A stretch of 64,000 nucleotides of DNA from Gemmatimonadota bacterium (GTDB lineage: Bacteria; Gemmatimonadota; Gemmatimonadetes; Gemmatimonadales; Gemmatimonadaceae). Made by a program: the position numbers and the translations under genes. A model generated the notes under the pieces. The model saw nothing but the letters and a program-made list of their open reading frames with translations. It did no database searches and was not told the DNA's origin. Within the stretch, counting starts at the first letter, position 1. Every line of letters starts with the position of its first letter. Location of the stretch: the NCBI GenBank assembly GCA_040389905.1, contig JAZJZK010000007.1, positions 1-64,000 of the forward strand. The letters are read 5' to 3'. Of this stretch, positions 26,968 to 37,394 are shown one piece after another.

Positions 26968-28320
26968 ATGCCCGCCAGCACCCAGCCCGATGTGATGGAC
27001 AAACTCGTGTCGCTCTGCAAGCGACGCGGCTTCATTTTCCAGAGCTCCGAGATTTACGGAGGCACTGGGTCCGTGTGGGACTACGGGCCGCTCGGCGTCG
27101 AGCTGAAGAAGAATCTCAAGGACGCGTGGTGGAAGGCGATGGTTCGCATGCGCGAGGACGTCGTCGGCCTGGACGCCGCCATTCTCATGCACCCGCGCAC
27201 GTGGGAAGCCAGCGGTCACGTGGCGGGCTTCACGGATCCACTGGTGGACTGCAAAGTGTGCAAAGGTCGCTTCCGCGCAGACAAGCTCGATGATGCGCGC
27301 TGTCTGCAGAAGCCGAGCAAGCGACCGGGTGAAGCGGAACAGTGCCAGCTCACCGAGCCGCGCATGTTCAACCTGATGTTCAAGACGTTCATGGGTCCAG
27401 TCGAGGAGAGTGCGTCGACGGTCTATCTGCGGCCCGAAACGGCGCAGGGCATCTTCGTGAACTTCCTGAACGTCCAGCAGAGCACGCGGCAGAAGGTGCC
27501 ATTCGGCATTGCGCAGATCGGCAAGGCGTTCCGCAACGAAATCACGCCGGGCAACTTCATCTTCCGCACACGCGAGTTCGAGCAGATGGAGATGCAGTTC
27601 TTCGTCGAGCCTGGCACGGACATGGAGTGGTTCGAGTTCTGGAAGGCAGAGCGGATGAAGTGGCATCAAACGCTGGGGTTGGCGCTGGAGCGTTTGAACT
27701 ACCATCAGCATGCGGGCGCTGAACTCGCGCACTACGCGCGCGCGGCGTTCGACATCGAGTTCGACTTCGGTGGCACACTCGGCTTCCAGGAGATCGAGGG
27801 CATCCACAATCGCGGCGACTTCGACCTTGGAAAGCACCAGGAGTTTTCCGGTAAGAAGCTCGAGTATTTCGACCAGCCGAAGAACAACCGCTTCCTGCCG
27901 TACGTCATCGAGACCTCCGTTGGCGCCGACAGGACGACGCTTGCAGCGCTCGTAAATGGTTATCGCGAGGAGACAGTCGAAGGCGAAGACGAGGGCCGCA
28001 CCGTACTGCGCCTGCATGCGTCGCTGGCGCCAATCAAGGCCGCCGTATTCGCGCTGACGAAGAAGGAAGGGATGCCCGAGATGGCGCATCGCATCGCGAA
28101 CGAGCTCCGGCAGCACTTCCCCGTCGACTACGATGAAACGGGCAGCATCGGCAAGCGCTACCGCCGGCAGGATGAAGTGGGCACACCGTATTGCGTCACC
28201 GTCGACACCGAGTCGGTCAAGGACGGCACCGTCACCGTGCGCGATCGTGACACGTTGAAGCAGGATCGCATCGGCGCCGACTCGCTGCGCGCCTACCTTC
28301 AGGAGCGTCTCCCCACATGA
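26968..28320 (+). CDS. glyQS: Glycine--tRNA ligase, homodimeric type
   Basis: [63 protein letters not shown]. Confidence 0.97.
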   Translation: MPASTQPDVMDKLVSLCKRRGFIFQSSEIYGGTGSVWDYGPLGVELKKNLKDAWWKAMVRMREDVVGLDAAILMHPRTWEASGHVAGFTDPLVDCKVCKGRFRADKLDDARCLQKPSKRPGEAEQCQLTEPRMFNLMFKTFMGPVEESASTVYLRPETAQGIFVNFLNVQQSTRQKVPFGIAQIGKAFRNEITPGNFIFRTREFEQMEMQFFVEPGTDMEWFEFWKAERMKWHQTLGLALERLNYHQHAGAELAHYARAAFDIEFDFGGTLGFQEIEGIHNRGDFDLGKHQEFSGKKLEYFDQPKNNRFLPYVIETSVGADRTTLAALVNGYREETVEGEDEGRTVLRLHASLAPIKAAVFALTKKEGMPEMAHRIANELRQHFPVDYDETGSIGKRYRRQDEVGTPYCVTVDTESVKDGTVTVRDRDTLKQDRIGADSLRAYLQERLPT

Positions 28321-29837
28321 GCGAGCCGTTGTCCGTCGAACGGCTCCGCAGGGAAGGCGAAGAGTTTTCGATAGCGCTCTCGAGAGAGTACTACGAGTCG
28401 CTGAGCGGACTCAAGGCCGACGCGCAGATTCAACCACTCTACGAGAAACACCGCGCCATCTTCAGCGACGATTCGCTCGAGGTGGCGCGTGAAGCATTCG
28501 TGGGCAGCACGGAGGGCAGCGAGGAGCGGCGGTCCGCGCGGTTGCTCCTCGATTGGCAGGTCGACTCACGCAGCAACCGCGAACTCGCCACCCTGGATGA
28601 GCGGGAAATCGCGTGGGAGTCGGACGCAGTCCTACAGCTTTCCGATGGGCGCCAGATTCCCTATCAGCGTGCGTCGATCGAGCTCGGGAACAGCACCGAT
28701 CGTGACGAGCGCGCCATGATCGAACGCGCGCGCGCGGCGCTCGTGGCCCGCGAACTGGCGCCGCTCAAGCGAGAGCGGTTCCAACGCGAGCGCGACATCA
28801 CCGAATCGATCGGCATCGCGGACGGTTACGTCGCGACGTGGGAACTCCTGAGCGGATTCTCCGTGCGCGCCCTCCGCGACGAATGCGCCGCATTCTTACG
28901 CGACACGCAACCGATGTGGGACGATGTTGCGCCGCGAATGACGAAACGCGTGCTGGGAATGGAATTGCGCGAGACCTCACGCGCCGACGCGCTCGCGCTC
29001 TTTCGTGCGCGTGAATTCGACGAGTTCTTCCCGGGCCGAGACATGGAGTCGGCGATCCGGCGCCAGGTTACGGAGATGGGAATCGATCCCGAGGCGAACG
29101 GCCGCATTCGCTTCGACACCGGTGAACGGCAGGGCAAGCGCTCACGCGCGTTCTGTGCGCCGGTGCGCATTCCCGACGAGGTGTACCTCGTGCTACGCCC
29201 CCACGGTGGGCAGACCGACTGGAGCACGTTTCTCCACGAGCTCGGCCACTCGCTTCACTACGCGTATGCTCGGCCCGACCATGCGATGGAGTACCGATTC
29301 TTCGGCGATTCCTCTGTCACCGAAGGGTACGCGATGCTCTTCGATCATCTCATGCAGGATGCCGGGTGGTTGCAGCGATACACGGGCTTGGAAAAGAAGA
29401 ACACGCCCGAGTTCCTCCGAAGCGCCGGTTTCGAGGAGCTGCATTTCCTGCGACGCTACTGCGCGAAGCTCGTTTACGAAACGCAGTTGTACGGCGGAGA
29501 TGTCAGTTGGGACGCGCTGCCGGACCTCTTCGTCGAGACGTTGACGGCCGCGACGGACTTCCGCTATGCGAGCGCTGATGCCTTCGTTGACGTCGACCCG
29601 CGATTCTACGCCGCCCGGTATTTGCGCGCGTGGCAACTGCAAGCGTTGCTCGGCGAGACGCTGACTGAGCGATACGACGCGGACTGGTGGCGGAATCCGC
29701 GTTGCGGGCCGTGGATGGTCGAGCAGTTGTTTGGCGAAGCGCAGCGCGAGCTGGCGCACGAACAGGCGAAGCGCGTTGCGGGAAAAGCGTTGTCGTTCGC
29801 GCCGCTCATTCGCAGCATCGAACGCATGCTGGCGTAG
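28317..29837 (+). CDS. M3-like (gluzincin) zinc metallopeptidase
   Basis: [13 protein letters not shown] and downstream EGYAM. Confidence 0.75.
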   Translation: MSEPLSVERLRREGEEFSIALSREYYESLSGLKADAQIQPLYEKHRAIFSDDSLEVAREAFVGSTEGSEERRSARLLLDWQVDSRSNRELATLDEREIAWESDAVLQLSDGRQIPYQRASIELGNSTDRDERAMIERARAALVARELAPLKRERFQRERDITESIGIADGYVATWELLSGFSVRALRDECAAFLRDTQPMWDDVAPRMTKRVLGMELRETSRADALALFRAREFDEFFPGRDMESAIRRQVTEMGIDPEANGRIRFDTGERQGKRSRAFCAPVRIPDEVYLVLRPHGGQTDWSTFLHELGHSLHYAYARPDHAMEYRFFGDSSVTEGYAMLFDHLMQDAGWLQRYTGLEKKNTPEFLRSAGFEELHFLRRYCAKLVYETQLYGGDVSWDALPDLFVETLTAATDFRYASADAFVDVDPRFYAARYLRAWQLQALLGETLTERYDADWWRNPRCGPWMVEQLFGEAQRELAHEQAKRVAGKALSFAPLIRSIERMLA

Positions 29838-29843
29838 CTCTTC

Positions 29844-31247
29844 ATGAACCTGTCTCGTTCCGCCCTCGCACTCCTCATGACTGCCTCGACCACACTCGGC
29901 GCGCAGGAGCCCGATTGGCCCGCGGCCCACAAGGAGACGCTCGCGCACCTCCAGACGATGATTCGCATGAACACCGTGAATCCGCCCGGCAACGAAATGC
30001 AGGTCGCGAAGTTTCTCGAATCGACGATGAAGGCCGTAGGGATCGAAACGCACCTCTTCGAGCCCGCCCCCGGCCGCGCGGCCTTCGTCGCACGACTCAA
30101 GGGGAATGGGAGCAAGCGGCCCGTGCTCATCATGGGCCATATGGACGTCGTCGGGGTCGAGAAGGCGCACTGGACGGTCGATCCCTTCGCTGCGGAGATC
30201 AAGGACGGGTATCTGTACGGCCGCGGCGCAATTGACGACAAAGGCATGCTCGCCGTGAATCTCCAGACGATGCTCCTCCTCAAGAAAAACGTCATCGACA
30301 AGGGTGGCACGCTCTCGCGCGACGTCATCTTCGTCGCGAACTCCGACGAAGAGCAGGGTGGCGACTACGGCATGGGGTGGCTGATCGCGAATCACCCGGA
30401 GCTCATCAAGGCCGAGTTCGGGCTGAACGAGGGCGGGCGCACCCGGATCGTCGGCGGAAAGTTGCTGTACGTCGCCGTGCAGAACACGGAGAAGGTCTCG
30501 CACGTCGTTGCGCTCACGGCGCACGGGCCCGGTGGTCACGCGTCGATTCCGCTCGCGGGCAATGTCATTCTCCGGCTCGGCCGAGCGCTGGCGAAGATCT
30601 CCGCGCACAAGGAACCGGTGTTCCTGACGCCGTCGACGCGCGAGTTTTTCAATCAGTTGGCAGCCGTGTGGCCGGTGAAGGCAGAGCGGCAGGCGATGTC
30701 GGACGTCGCGTCAAACGACACGCGTCGTGTGCAACGAGGCGCTCGGGTCCTCGAGCACATCCCGGTGTTCGACGCAGTGCTCCGTACCGGGATTTCCGCG
30801 ACGATGCTCGAGGGTGGCATTCGAACGAACGTCATTCCCACCGAAGCCGTAGCGAAGCTCAACGTTCGCACCCTGCCGGGGCAGTCGATCGACAGTGTGG
30901 TAAAGCGGATCAAGGGGGTCATCGATGACGCGCAGGTCGACGTCACGATCGCCGATCGCGGCGACGACTCCCCCGCGTCGGACTTTCATTCGCCGATGTT
31001 CAACGCGATTCGTGAGAGCGCGCAGGGGCTCGATCCCTCGCTCGCGGTGGTACCCTACTTGAGCACCGGCGCGACGGACAGTGCGCGGCTTCGTAACTGG
31101 GGAATGCAAGCGTTCGGACTGCTGCCATTTCCGATGAACCAGAACGACGAAGACCGGATGCACGGCAACGATGAACGTGTGCCCGTGACCAGCCTCGAGT
31201 TCGGGACGAAGATGATCTACGGCGCCATCCTGCGCGTGGCCAAGTGA
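29844..31247 (+). CDS. Secreted M20/M25/M40 family metallopeptidase
   Basis: Signal peptide; GHMDVV, YGRGAIDDKG, DEEQGG, GATDS, MHGNDER. Confidence 0.9.
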   Translation: MNLSRSALALLMTASTTLGAQEPDWPAAHKETLAHLQTMIRMNTVNPPGNEMQVAKFLESTMKAVGIETHLFEPAPGRAAFVARLKGNGSKRPVLIMGHMDVVGVEKAHWTVDPFAAEIKDGYLYGRGAIDDKGMLAVNLQTMLLLKKNVIDKGGTLSRDVIFVANSDEEQGGDYGMGWLIANHPELIKAEFGLNEGGRTRIVGGKLLYVAVQNTEKVSHVVALTAHGPGGHASIPLAGNVILRLGRALAKISAHKEPVFLTPSTREFFNQLAAVWPVKAERQAMSDVASNDTRRVQRGARVLEHIPVFDAVLRTGISATMLEGGIRTNVIPTEAVAKLNVRTLPGQSIDSVVKRIKGVIDDAQVDVTIADRGDDSPASDFHSPMFNAIRESAQGLDPSLAVVPYLSTGATDSARLRNWGMQAFGLLPFPMNQNDEDRMHGNDERVPVTSLEFGTKMIYGAILRVAK

Positions 31248-31939
31248 GCACCGCGCTCGTTACCGGTGCGTCGCGCGGAATTGGCCGCGCAACTTGTGTG
31301 CGGTTAGCGGCGGACGGCTATGGCATCATTGCTGTTGCGCGCGAATCCGCTGAACTGCGATCACTGACCGCCGAAATCGAAGCGGCAGGAGGCCGTTGCC
31401 GGACGATTGCGCTCGACCTCCGGGATCCTCACGCCATCGCTACGGCGCTCGACTCGATCGAGGTGGATCTCCTGGTGAACAACGCCGGCATCGGCATCAT
31501 CAAGCCGATGATGGATCTGTCGCCGGATGAGTGGCAGCGGATGCTCGATGTGAACGTCAACGCGCTCTTTCACGTCACGCGTGCGGTGTTGCCGGGCATG
31601 CTCGCGCGCCGGTCGGGTCACGTGTGCACGGTGGGCTCGATCTCGGGGCGTAGCGCGTTCATCGGCGGATCGTGCTACGCGGCGACGAAGGCATTCGTGA
31701 ACGCGTGGGCCGAATCGCTGCTGCTCGAGGTGCGCGAGCTTGGCGTGAAAGTGTCTGTCGTGACGCCAGGCGGCGTGGCGACGGAGTTCGGCGGGAAGAC
31801 GCCAACGGCCGCGGACGATTGGAAGCTGAAGGCCGAGGACGTGGCCGAGGCAGTGGCGTTCGTCGCGTCGACGCCGGCGTCTGTACTCGTACATAGGCTC
31901 GAAGTGCGGACGCTGAATTCTCCGCCTCCGCGCAAGTAG
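31244..31939 (+). CDS. SDR family oxidoreductase
   Basis: TGASRGIG, NNAG, YAATK. Confidence 0.92.
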   Translation: MSTALVTGASRGIGRATCVRLAADGYGIIAVARESAELRSLTAEIEAAGGRCRTIALDLRDPHAIATALDSIEVDLLVNNAGIGIIKPMMDLSPDEWQRMLDVNVNALFHVTRAVLPGMLARRSGHVCTVGSISGRSAFIGGSCYAATKAFVNAWAESLLLEVRELGVKVSVVTPGGVATEFGGKTPTAADDWKLKAEDVAEAVAFVASTPASVLVHRLEVRTLNSPPPRK

Positions 31940-31956
31940 GTGAGCGTCACTCCAGC

Positions 31957-32073
31957 CGTCACCCCGAGCGAGCCCCGGATACGGCGCGCGGGGTAAAACT
32001 CCGCGAGTCGAGGGGGTCTGCACGGCAAACCCAGACCGAGGGTGCAGATCCCTCGACGTCGCTCGGGATGACA
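31957..32073. repeat. Inverted pair of CGTC/TGTC-type REP-like repeats, first copy with an expanded loop
   Basis: CGTCACCCCGAGCGA...GTCGAGGGGGTCTGCAC ... GTGCAGATCCCTCGACGTCGCTCGGGATGACA. Confidence 0.8.
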
Positions 32074-32131
32074 ATCGAGCAAGGCGTGCGAACGCCTTGC
32101 GGCGTAACGATTTACCTCCCATATTCGCGCC

Positions 32132-33469
32132 GTGACCAGGATCACTCCGCTCACTAAAGACCGGCATCGCTCGCCCGAGGCTCCCGAGACCGGCCTGCGC
32201 GAGCTGATGGCCATTCGTGAGATCGTTCATGCGTTTCTCACGGCCGATCGCCCTGAAGATGTCTTTCAGTTCGCGCTCGACAGGGTGACGCCGCTGGTCG
32301 GTGGCTCGTTTGCCTGCGTCTACCTGATCGATGGCGCGTCGGAGCTGATGCGCCTGGCGGCGGTGCACAACTGGCCCGAGAAGTTCGCCCCCTTTCTTGG
32401 CGAGATGCGGGTGCGGCTGGGTTTTGGTCCGAGCGGCGAGGCCGCTGCCGAACGTCGCGTGATTGAAGTGCCGGATATCATGTCCGACACATCGCTCGAC
32501 GACTGGGCCGAAGTGGCGGCCGAGCTCGGCTTTCGCGCGATCGTGGCACTCCCACTCCAGACCGGCGAAGGCGTGCTCGGCGCGGTCGCGTTCTACTTCG
32601 AGAAAGCGGGCACGATCAACTCCGAGACGAGAAGCCTGTTGCGCATGGTTGCCGATCAAATGGCGGCCACGGCGCAGAAGGCGCGCCTCATCGAGGACTT
32701 GCGACGCGCCAACGCCGCCCTGATGGAAACGAACTCGGAGCTCGAGCGGCAATACGTCTCGCTCCTCGAGGCGCGGCGGGTCAAGGATGAATTCCTCGCC
32801 AATATCTCGCACGAGCTGCGGACGCCACTGACCGCGGTCATGGGCTATCTCTCGCTCATGGAGGAAGGGCTCGCTGGTCCGATCACCGCCGAGCAGCGCA
32901 AGACGCTCGCGCAGGTCAAGTCGTCGAGCCACGTTCTCCTCGACCTCATTGGCGACCTCCTGGAGCTGACGACGCTCAAGCGCGGCGGGGTAGGCGTCGT
33001 ACCAACCGCGTTCGACATGCGCGAACCGATGCACGATGCGATCACGTCGACACGCGGTCGAGCGGAGGGTGTCGCGCTTCGCGTCACCGAGCCGGATGCG
33101 CCTGTGATGATCGTGAGCGACAAGCGCAAGATCGCGAAAATGCTGGTCGCGCTCCTGAGCAACGCGTACAAATTCACCACCGACGGCGAGGTGCGGGTGT
33201 CGGTCTCGGCGCGCAACGATCGCATCGTGTATCGCGTACAGGACACGGGCATCGGCATTCCAGAGGAGATGCAGAGCCTCGTGTTCGAGGAGTTTCGCCA
33301 GGTGGATGGATCGAGCACCAGGCGGTACGGAGGATCGGGGCTGGGCCTGTCACTCGCACAGCGCCTTGCACGCCTGCTCGGGGGCGAGATCTACGTGGAG
33401 TCCACGCCCGGGAGTGGTTCGGTCTTCACGGTCGAGCTACCGATGGAATACCAGGCCCCGGCGCAGTAA
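32132..33469 (+). CDS. Cytoplasmic GAF-domain sensor histidine kinase
   Basis: GAF-like N-terminus; FLANISHELRTPL, LLSNAYKFT, DTGIGI, GSGLGL. Confidence 0.92.
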   Translation: MTRITPLTKDRHRSPEAPETGLRELMAIREIVHAFLTADRPEDVFQFALDRVTPLVGGSFACVYLIDGASELMRLAAVHNWPEKFAPFLGEMRVRLGFGPSGEAAAERRVIEVPDIMSDTSLDDWAEVAAELGFRAIVALPLQTGEGVLGAVAFYFEKAGTINSETRSLLRMVADQMAATAQKARLIEDLRRANAALMETNSELERQYVSLLEARRVKDEFLANISHELRTPLTAVMGYLSLMEEGLAGPITAEQRKTLAQVKSSSHVLLDLIGDLLELTTLKRGGVGVVPTAFDMREPMHDAITSTRGRAEGVALRVTEPDAPVMIVSDKRKIAKMLVALLSNAYKFTTDGEVRVSVSARNDRIVYRVQDTGIGIPEEMQSLVFEEFRQVDGSSTRRYGGSGLGLSLAQRLARLLGGEIYVESTPGSGSVFTVELPMEYQAPAQ

Positions 33470-33599
33470 GCCGACTGGTCTTCCGAAGGTGGCGCAAGTG
33501 GATCGCTGCGCCACTTACCACAGACCGATTAACTTCCACAACCAATCTCTGATCCTCGTTGTCCAACGAGCTCAGCTCCTTCGTGCTCCGGATTCGGCC

Positions 33600-33914
33600 A
33601 TGACTAGTTCTCAGCGCACACTTCAGGAGTTCCGCACCACGCTTACGCCGTCCGCGGTTCTCGGTTCCGCGAAGCAGTTCTTCGGGGGGCGTAACAGCCT
33701 GTACGCCACCTTTCTCGAGCAGGAAAGCGCGAACCATCTCACCTTTCGCGGACAGGGCGGCGAGGAGATCGTTTTGGCGGCCATCGAGCGCGACGGTGCC
33801 ACGCTGGTGACGGGCTCCTCCTACATCTTCGACATGCAGATCGGCCGGTTCTTCACGACGCTCCCGGAAGCGCAGTCGTCCGCCGCCCTGCTCGCCGCAC
33901 CGGTGACCGCATGA
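33600..33914 (+). CDS. Hypothetical protein (104 aa)
   Basis: ATG at 33600; stop overlaps the next start (ATGA); first gene of a coupled operon. Confidence 0.6.
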   Translation: MTSSQRTLQEFRTTLTPSAVLGSAKQFFGGRNSLYATFLEQESANHLTFRGQGGEEIVLAAIERDGATLVTGSSYIFDMQIGRFFTTLPEAQSSAALLAAPVTA

Positions 33915-34234
33915 CACAGCCATTCGTGTCGCAGTTGCGTGCGCGGGGCGACGCCATTCAACTCGCCGCCGATGGTGCGTCGGCAATTTCGGTTCGCGTG
34001 GAAATGCCGGAGAGCTGGGATACCGTCAAGGCCAATGTGTCACCAGACGCCTCGGTCTCCGCGCTCAAGGCCGCCGCGCTCGATGCACTCGATCCGCTTG
34101 CTGCGACGGATGACTTCGTGGTGAAGCTCAAGGGGTGGGAAGTGCTCGACGAAAGCGTTTCACTCACGCAAGCCGGCGCTATCGACGGCTCGATCTTTCT
34201 CCTTACACTCCGCCGTCGGCGCGCAGTCCGCTGA
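33911..34234 (+). CDS. Ubiquitin-like (beta-grasp, YukD/EsaB-like) small protein
   Basis: ISVRV...TVKANVSPDASVSALK...FVVKLKGWEVLDESVSLTQAGAIDGSIFLL follows the ubiquitin pattern; no C-terminal GG. Confidence 0.6.
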   Translation: MTQPFVSQLRARGDAIQLAADGASAISVRVEMPESWDTVKANVSPDASVSALKAAALDALDPLAATDDFVVKLKGWEVLDESVSLTQAGAIDGSIFLLTLRRRRAVR

Positions 34235-35268
34235 GTACAGCCGCCAGCTCCATCGCTTCCGTAGGCAGCCGCGCCACGGATCCCGACGCACTCCGTGACG
34301 CACTGGGCCGCCTCCGGACTGAGGTTCAACGTCGCATTGTTGGTCAGGAAAAGCCGCTCGACGAAATCCTGATGGCGCTGGCCTGCGGCGGTCATGCGTT
34401 GCTGGTCGGTGTGCCGGGTCTCGCGAAGACGCTGATGATTCGCTCCATCGCCGAGGCGCTCTCACTCGACTTCCGGCGAATTCAGTTCACGCCGGATCTG
34501 GTGCCGAGTGACATCACCGGCAGCGAGATCCTCGAGGAAGATCATGCGACGGGAGCGCGGAGCTTTCGCTTCGTGCGTGGGCCGATCTTCGCGAACATCG
34601 TGCTCGCTGACGAAATCAATCGCGCGCCGCCGCGTACGCAGGCCGCGTTGCTCGAAGCGATGCAGGAACATCGTGTCACTGCAGCCGGTGAATCACTGCG
34701 GCTGCCGGAACCGTTCTTCGTACTCGCCACGCAGAACCCAATCGAGCAGGAAGGCACGTATCCGCTCCCGGAAGCGCAGCTCGATCGCTTCCTCTTCGAT
34801 GTGCGCGTCGGCTACCCGAATGCGGAAGACGAGGTCTCGATTCTTCGCGCGACCACCGGTGCCGCACAGGAGCCACTGCGTCCGATGCTTGGTGCGGAAG
34901 AGGCGGTTGCGCTGCAACGCGCGGTGCGCGACGTGTCGGCGTCGGAGCCCGCACTGCGATATGCGGCGTCGCTGTCGCGGGCCACGCGGCCCGATGATCC
35001 CTCGGCCACTGCGTTGGTCAAGCGAGCCGTCCGCTGGGGTGCCGGCCCCCGTGCCGGGCAAGCGCTCGTGCTTGGCGCAAAGGCACACGCATTTCTCGCC
35101 GGTCGTGCCGCAGTTGCCCCAGAAGACATTCAGCGCGTGGCGCTCCCGGTGTTGCGTCACCGCGTGCTCGCGAGCTTCGCCGCCGAGGCCGAAGGGCTGA
35201 CGCCGGAGCAGGTGATCGCCGACATCCTCGAGCGCGTCGCTCCGCCGCGGAGCGGGCTGGTCGTTTAG
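34231..35268 (+). CDS. moxR: MoxR family AAA+ ATPase (start uncertain; CTG at 34231 or GTG at 34135)
   Basis: IVGQ, GVPGLAKT, RIQFTPDLVPSDITG, LADEINR..PRTQAALLEAMQE, ATQNPIEQEGTYPLPEAQLDRF. Confidence 0.95.
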   Translation: MSTAASSIASVGSRATDPDALRDALGRLRTEVQRRIVGQEKPLDEILMALACGGHALLVGVPGLAKTLMIRSIAEALSLDFRRIQFTPDLVPSDITGSEILEEDHATGARSFRFVRGPIFANIVLADEINRAPPRTQAALLEAMQEHRVTAAGESLRLPEPFFVLATQNPIEQEGTYPLPEAQLDRFLFDVRVGYPNAEDEVSILRATTGAAQEPLRPMLGAEEAVALQRAVRDVSASEPALRYAASLSRATRPDDPSATALVKRAVRWGAGPRAGQALVLGAKAHAFLAGRAAVAPEDIQRVALPVLRHRVLASFAAEAEGLTPEQVIADILERVAPPRSGLVV

Positions 35269-36132
35269 GTGTCAGCGGGCCCGTACGGCGCGCTCCTCGA
35301 CGCCGTTCGCGGTGTCCGCTGGCCGGCGGCGCGCCGCGTGATGGGTGCCACGCTGGGCGCGCATCCCTCGCAGCTTCGCGGCAACTCGTCGGAGTTCAGT
35401 GAGTTTCGCCCATATCGGCAGGGGGACGACCCGCGCCGCGTCGACTGGCGGTTGCTCGCGCGCAGCGAGCGCGCCTATGTGCGGCTCACCACGGATCGCG
35501 CGACCCTCCGCACGAGCATGATCGTAGATGCTTCGGCATCGATGGCGTTTCCGACGCCTGATTTCGACAAGTGGCGTCTGGCGCGTGAGGTCGCGATCGG
35601 GTTGGCGGCGGTAGCGCACAGCGAAGCGGATCCCGTCGGCCTTGCGATCGCCGGTGCGGGACAGACCGTTCTGACGCCGCGCGCACGGCGCAGCGTGTTG
35701 CTGGAAATGATGCGCGCACTCGATGCCACCACGCCCTCCGGCAGTACGGCAATCGCGCCGCTGGTGATCGCCGCTCGCGCCGCTCGCATCGTGGTCATCA
35801 CCGACCTGCTCGGCGACGCCGACGATCTCATTGCTGCGGCGCGCCTTCGGATTGCCGCGCGCGGTGAAGTCATCCTCGTGCATGTCGTCGCTGCGGCGGA
35901 GCTCGAGCCGCCTGCCGGCGCGATGCTGGCGGTCGATTCCGAGTCCCCCACGCTACGACGCGTGATGGATGGCGAGCTGCGCGCCGAATATCAGCATGCG
36001 TTCTCGCGCTGGATGGACGAGACCGCGGCCACGGCACGCACCGCCGGTATTCGCTATGTGCGCGCGCCGACGACCGAACCGACGCCGCATCTCGTCCGGC
36101 GAATTGCGGGTGAAGCGACGAGGAGCGGATGA
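35269..36132 (+). CDS. DUF58 domain (vWA-like) protein
   Basis: EFSEFRPYRQGDDPRRVDWR, DASASM; follows moxR. Confidence 0.88.
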   Translation: MSAGPYGALLDAVRGVRWPAARRVMGATLGAHPSQLRGNSSEFSEFRPYRQGDDPRRVDWRLLARSERAYVRLTTDRATLRTSMIVDASASMAFPTPDFDKWRLAREVAIGLAAVAHSEADPVGLAIAGAGQTVLTPRARRSVLLEMMRALDATTPSGSTAIAPLVIAARAARIVVITDLLGDADDLIAAARLRIAARGEVILVHVVAAAELEPPAGAMLAVDSESPTLRRVMDGELRAEYQHAFSRWMDETAATARTAGIRYVRAPTTEPTPHLVRRIAGEATRSG

Positions 36133-37394
36133 CGTTTCTCGCGCCCTGGGCACTCGCACTCGGTGCATTCGCGGCGTTGGCGACTGTCGTGCTGCATCTC
36201 GTGGCAACGCAGCGGCCGGCGGCGTACGTCTTTCCGACAACGCGTTTCATTCCCGACCAGCGGACGCTTGTAAGCCGAGCGGCCACGAGGCCGCGTGACC
36301 TACTGCTGCTCGCGCTACGCATATTGCTTCTCCTCAGCGCTGCAGCGGCGTTCGCGCGTCCCGTTGTAACGCCGCGACGTGGTGCCATCGCGCGTGTGGT
36401 GGTGCTCGACCGTTCGCGTGCAGTTGCTGATCCGTCGGCGGCCGTTGAACGTGCACGCTCACTGGTCGGTGACGACGCTCCGTACCTCGTCATTGTATTT
36501 GATTCGATCGCCACGACGCTTGCGGCGCCACAGTGGGATTCGTTGCGTGCAGCGCCTCACTCCGGCGCGCCAGGCTCGCTGAGTGCTGCATTGATCGCCG
36601 CCCGACGAGCGAGCCTCCTGCTTGCCGACCGCGCGGATTCGGTGCAGTTGATCATCGTGTCGGCCTTCGGATCGAGCGCTGTCGATTCGGCGACGAGGCG
36701 AATTCGAGATGCGTGGCCGGGTTCGATCCGAACGGAGCGCGTGTCGTTGCGGAGCGACCCGGGCGAGTCATGGCACCTCGAGCGGCCGCTGATTGCACAA
36801 GACCCACTTGGCCCGTCGATGATCGGAGTTCGTGCCACCACTGGCGCGCGGACCACACGCCTCACGCGTGGCCCGTTCTCCGACAGTGACAGCGCATTCG
36901 CGCGCGCCGGCGGAACGGTGGTCCGTTGGGACAGCATCGCGGCAGCTCGCGCCTTGCCCGAGGGACTCGCCGTCGGGGATGATGTCGTCGTCGCGGCGTT
37001 CGAACGACGCACGCTCGCAGGCGCTGGGCGACCCATCGCGCGTTGGGCTGACGGCGTCGCCGCAGCGATTGAGGTGTCCGTCGGATCCGGCTGCATTCGC
37101 GACGTAGGCATCGCGATTCCCGGCGCCGGTGATCTTGCACTCCATCCACCGTTCCAGCGGATCGTGCGCGGGCTGCTCGCTCCGTGCGCGCTGAAAGTTG
37201 CCGAGCAGCCGGTTGATTCTGCGTTCATGAGGTCTCTGGCGGGAGCGCAACCAGGCGCAGCGCGCTCTCGTGACCTCCGCAATGACGCAAATCGGCCCAG
37301 CCCGATTGCGACGTGGCTGCTCGCCATGGCATTGCTGCTTGCCTTTGCGGAGTTGGTTGTGCGCGGCCGGCCTGTTGCCGCGGGTGCTGCATGA
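36129..37394 (+). CDS. BatA N-terminal domain membrane protein with vWA-like region
   Basis: MTFLAPWAL...LHL...FP...LLLLALR...AFARP; VLDRSR; C-terminal TM helix. Confidence 0.8.
   Translation: MTFLAPWALALGAFAALATVVLHLVATQRPAAYVFPTTRFIPDQRTLVSRAATRPRDLLLLALRILLLLSAAAAFARPVVTPRRGAIARVVVLDRSRAVADPSAAVERARSLVGDDAPYLVIVFDSIATTLAAPQWDSLRAAPHSGAPGSLSAALIAARRASLLLADRADSVQLIIVSAFGSSAVDSATRRIRDAWPGSIRTERVSLRSDPGESWHLERPLIAQDPLGPSMIGVRATTGARTTRLTRGPFSDSDSAFARAGGTVVRWDSIAAARALPEGLAVGDDVVVAAFERRTLAGAGRPIARWADGVAAAIEVSVGSGCIRDVGIAIPGAGDLALHPPFQRIVRGLLAPCALKVAEQPVDSAFMRSLAGAQPGAARSRDLRNDANRPSPIATWLLAMALLLAFAELVVRGRPVAAGAA

Noticed and set aside
24702..27035. 777-aa minus-strand ORF
   Set aside because: Antisense to purA and ypdA, reads through a REP pair, and has no recognisable domain.
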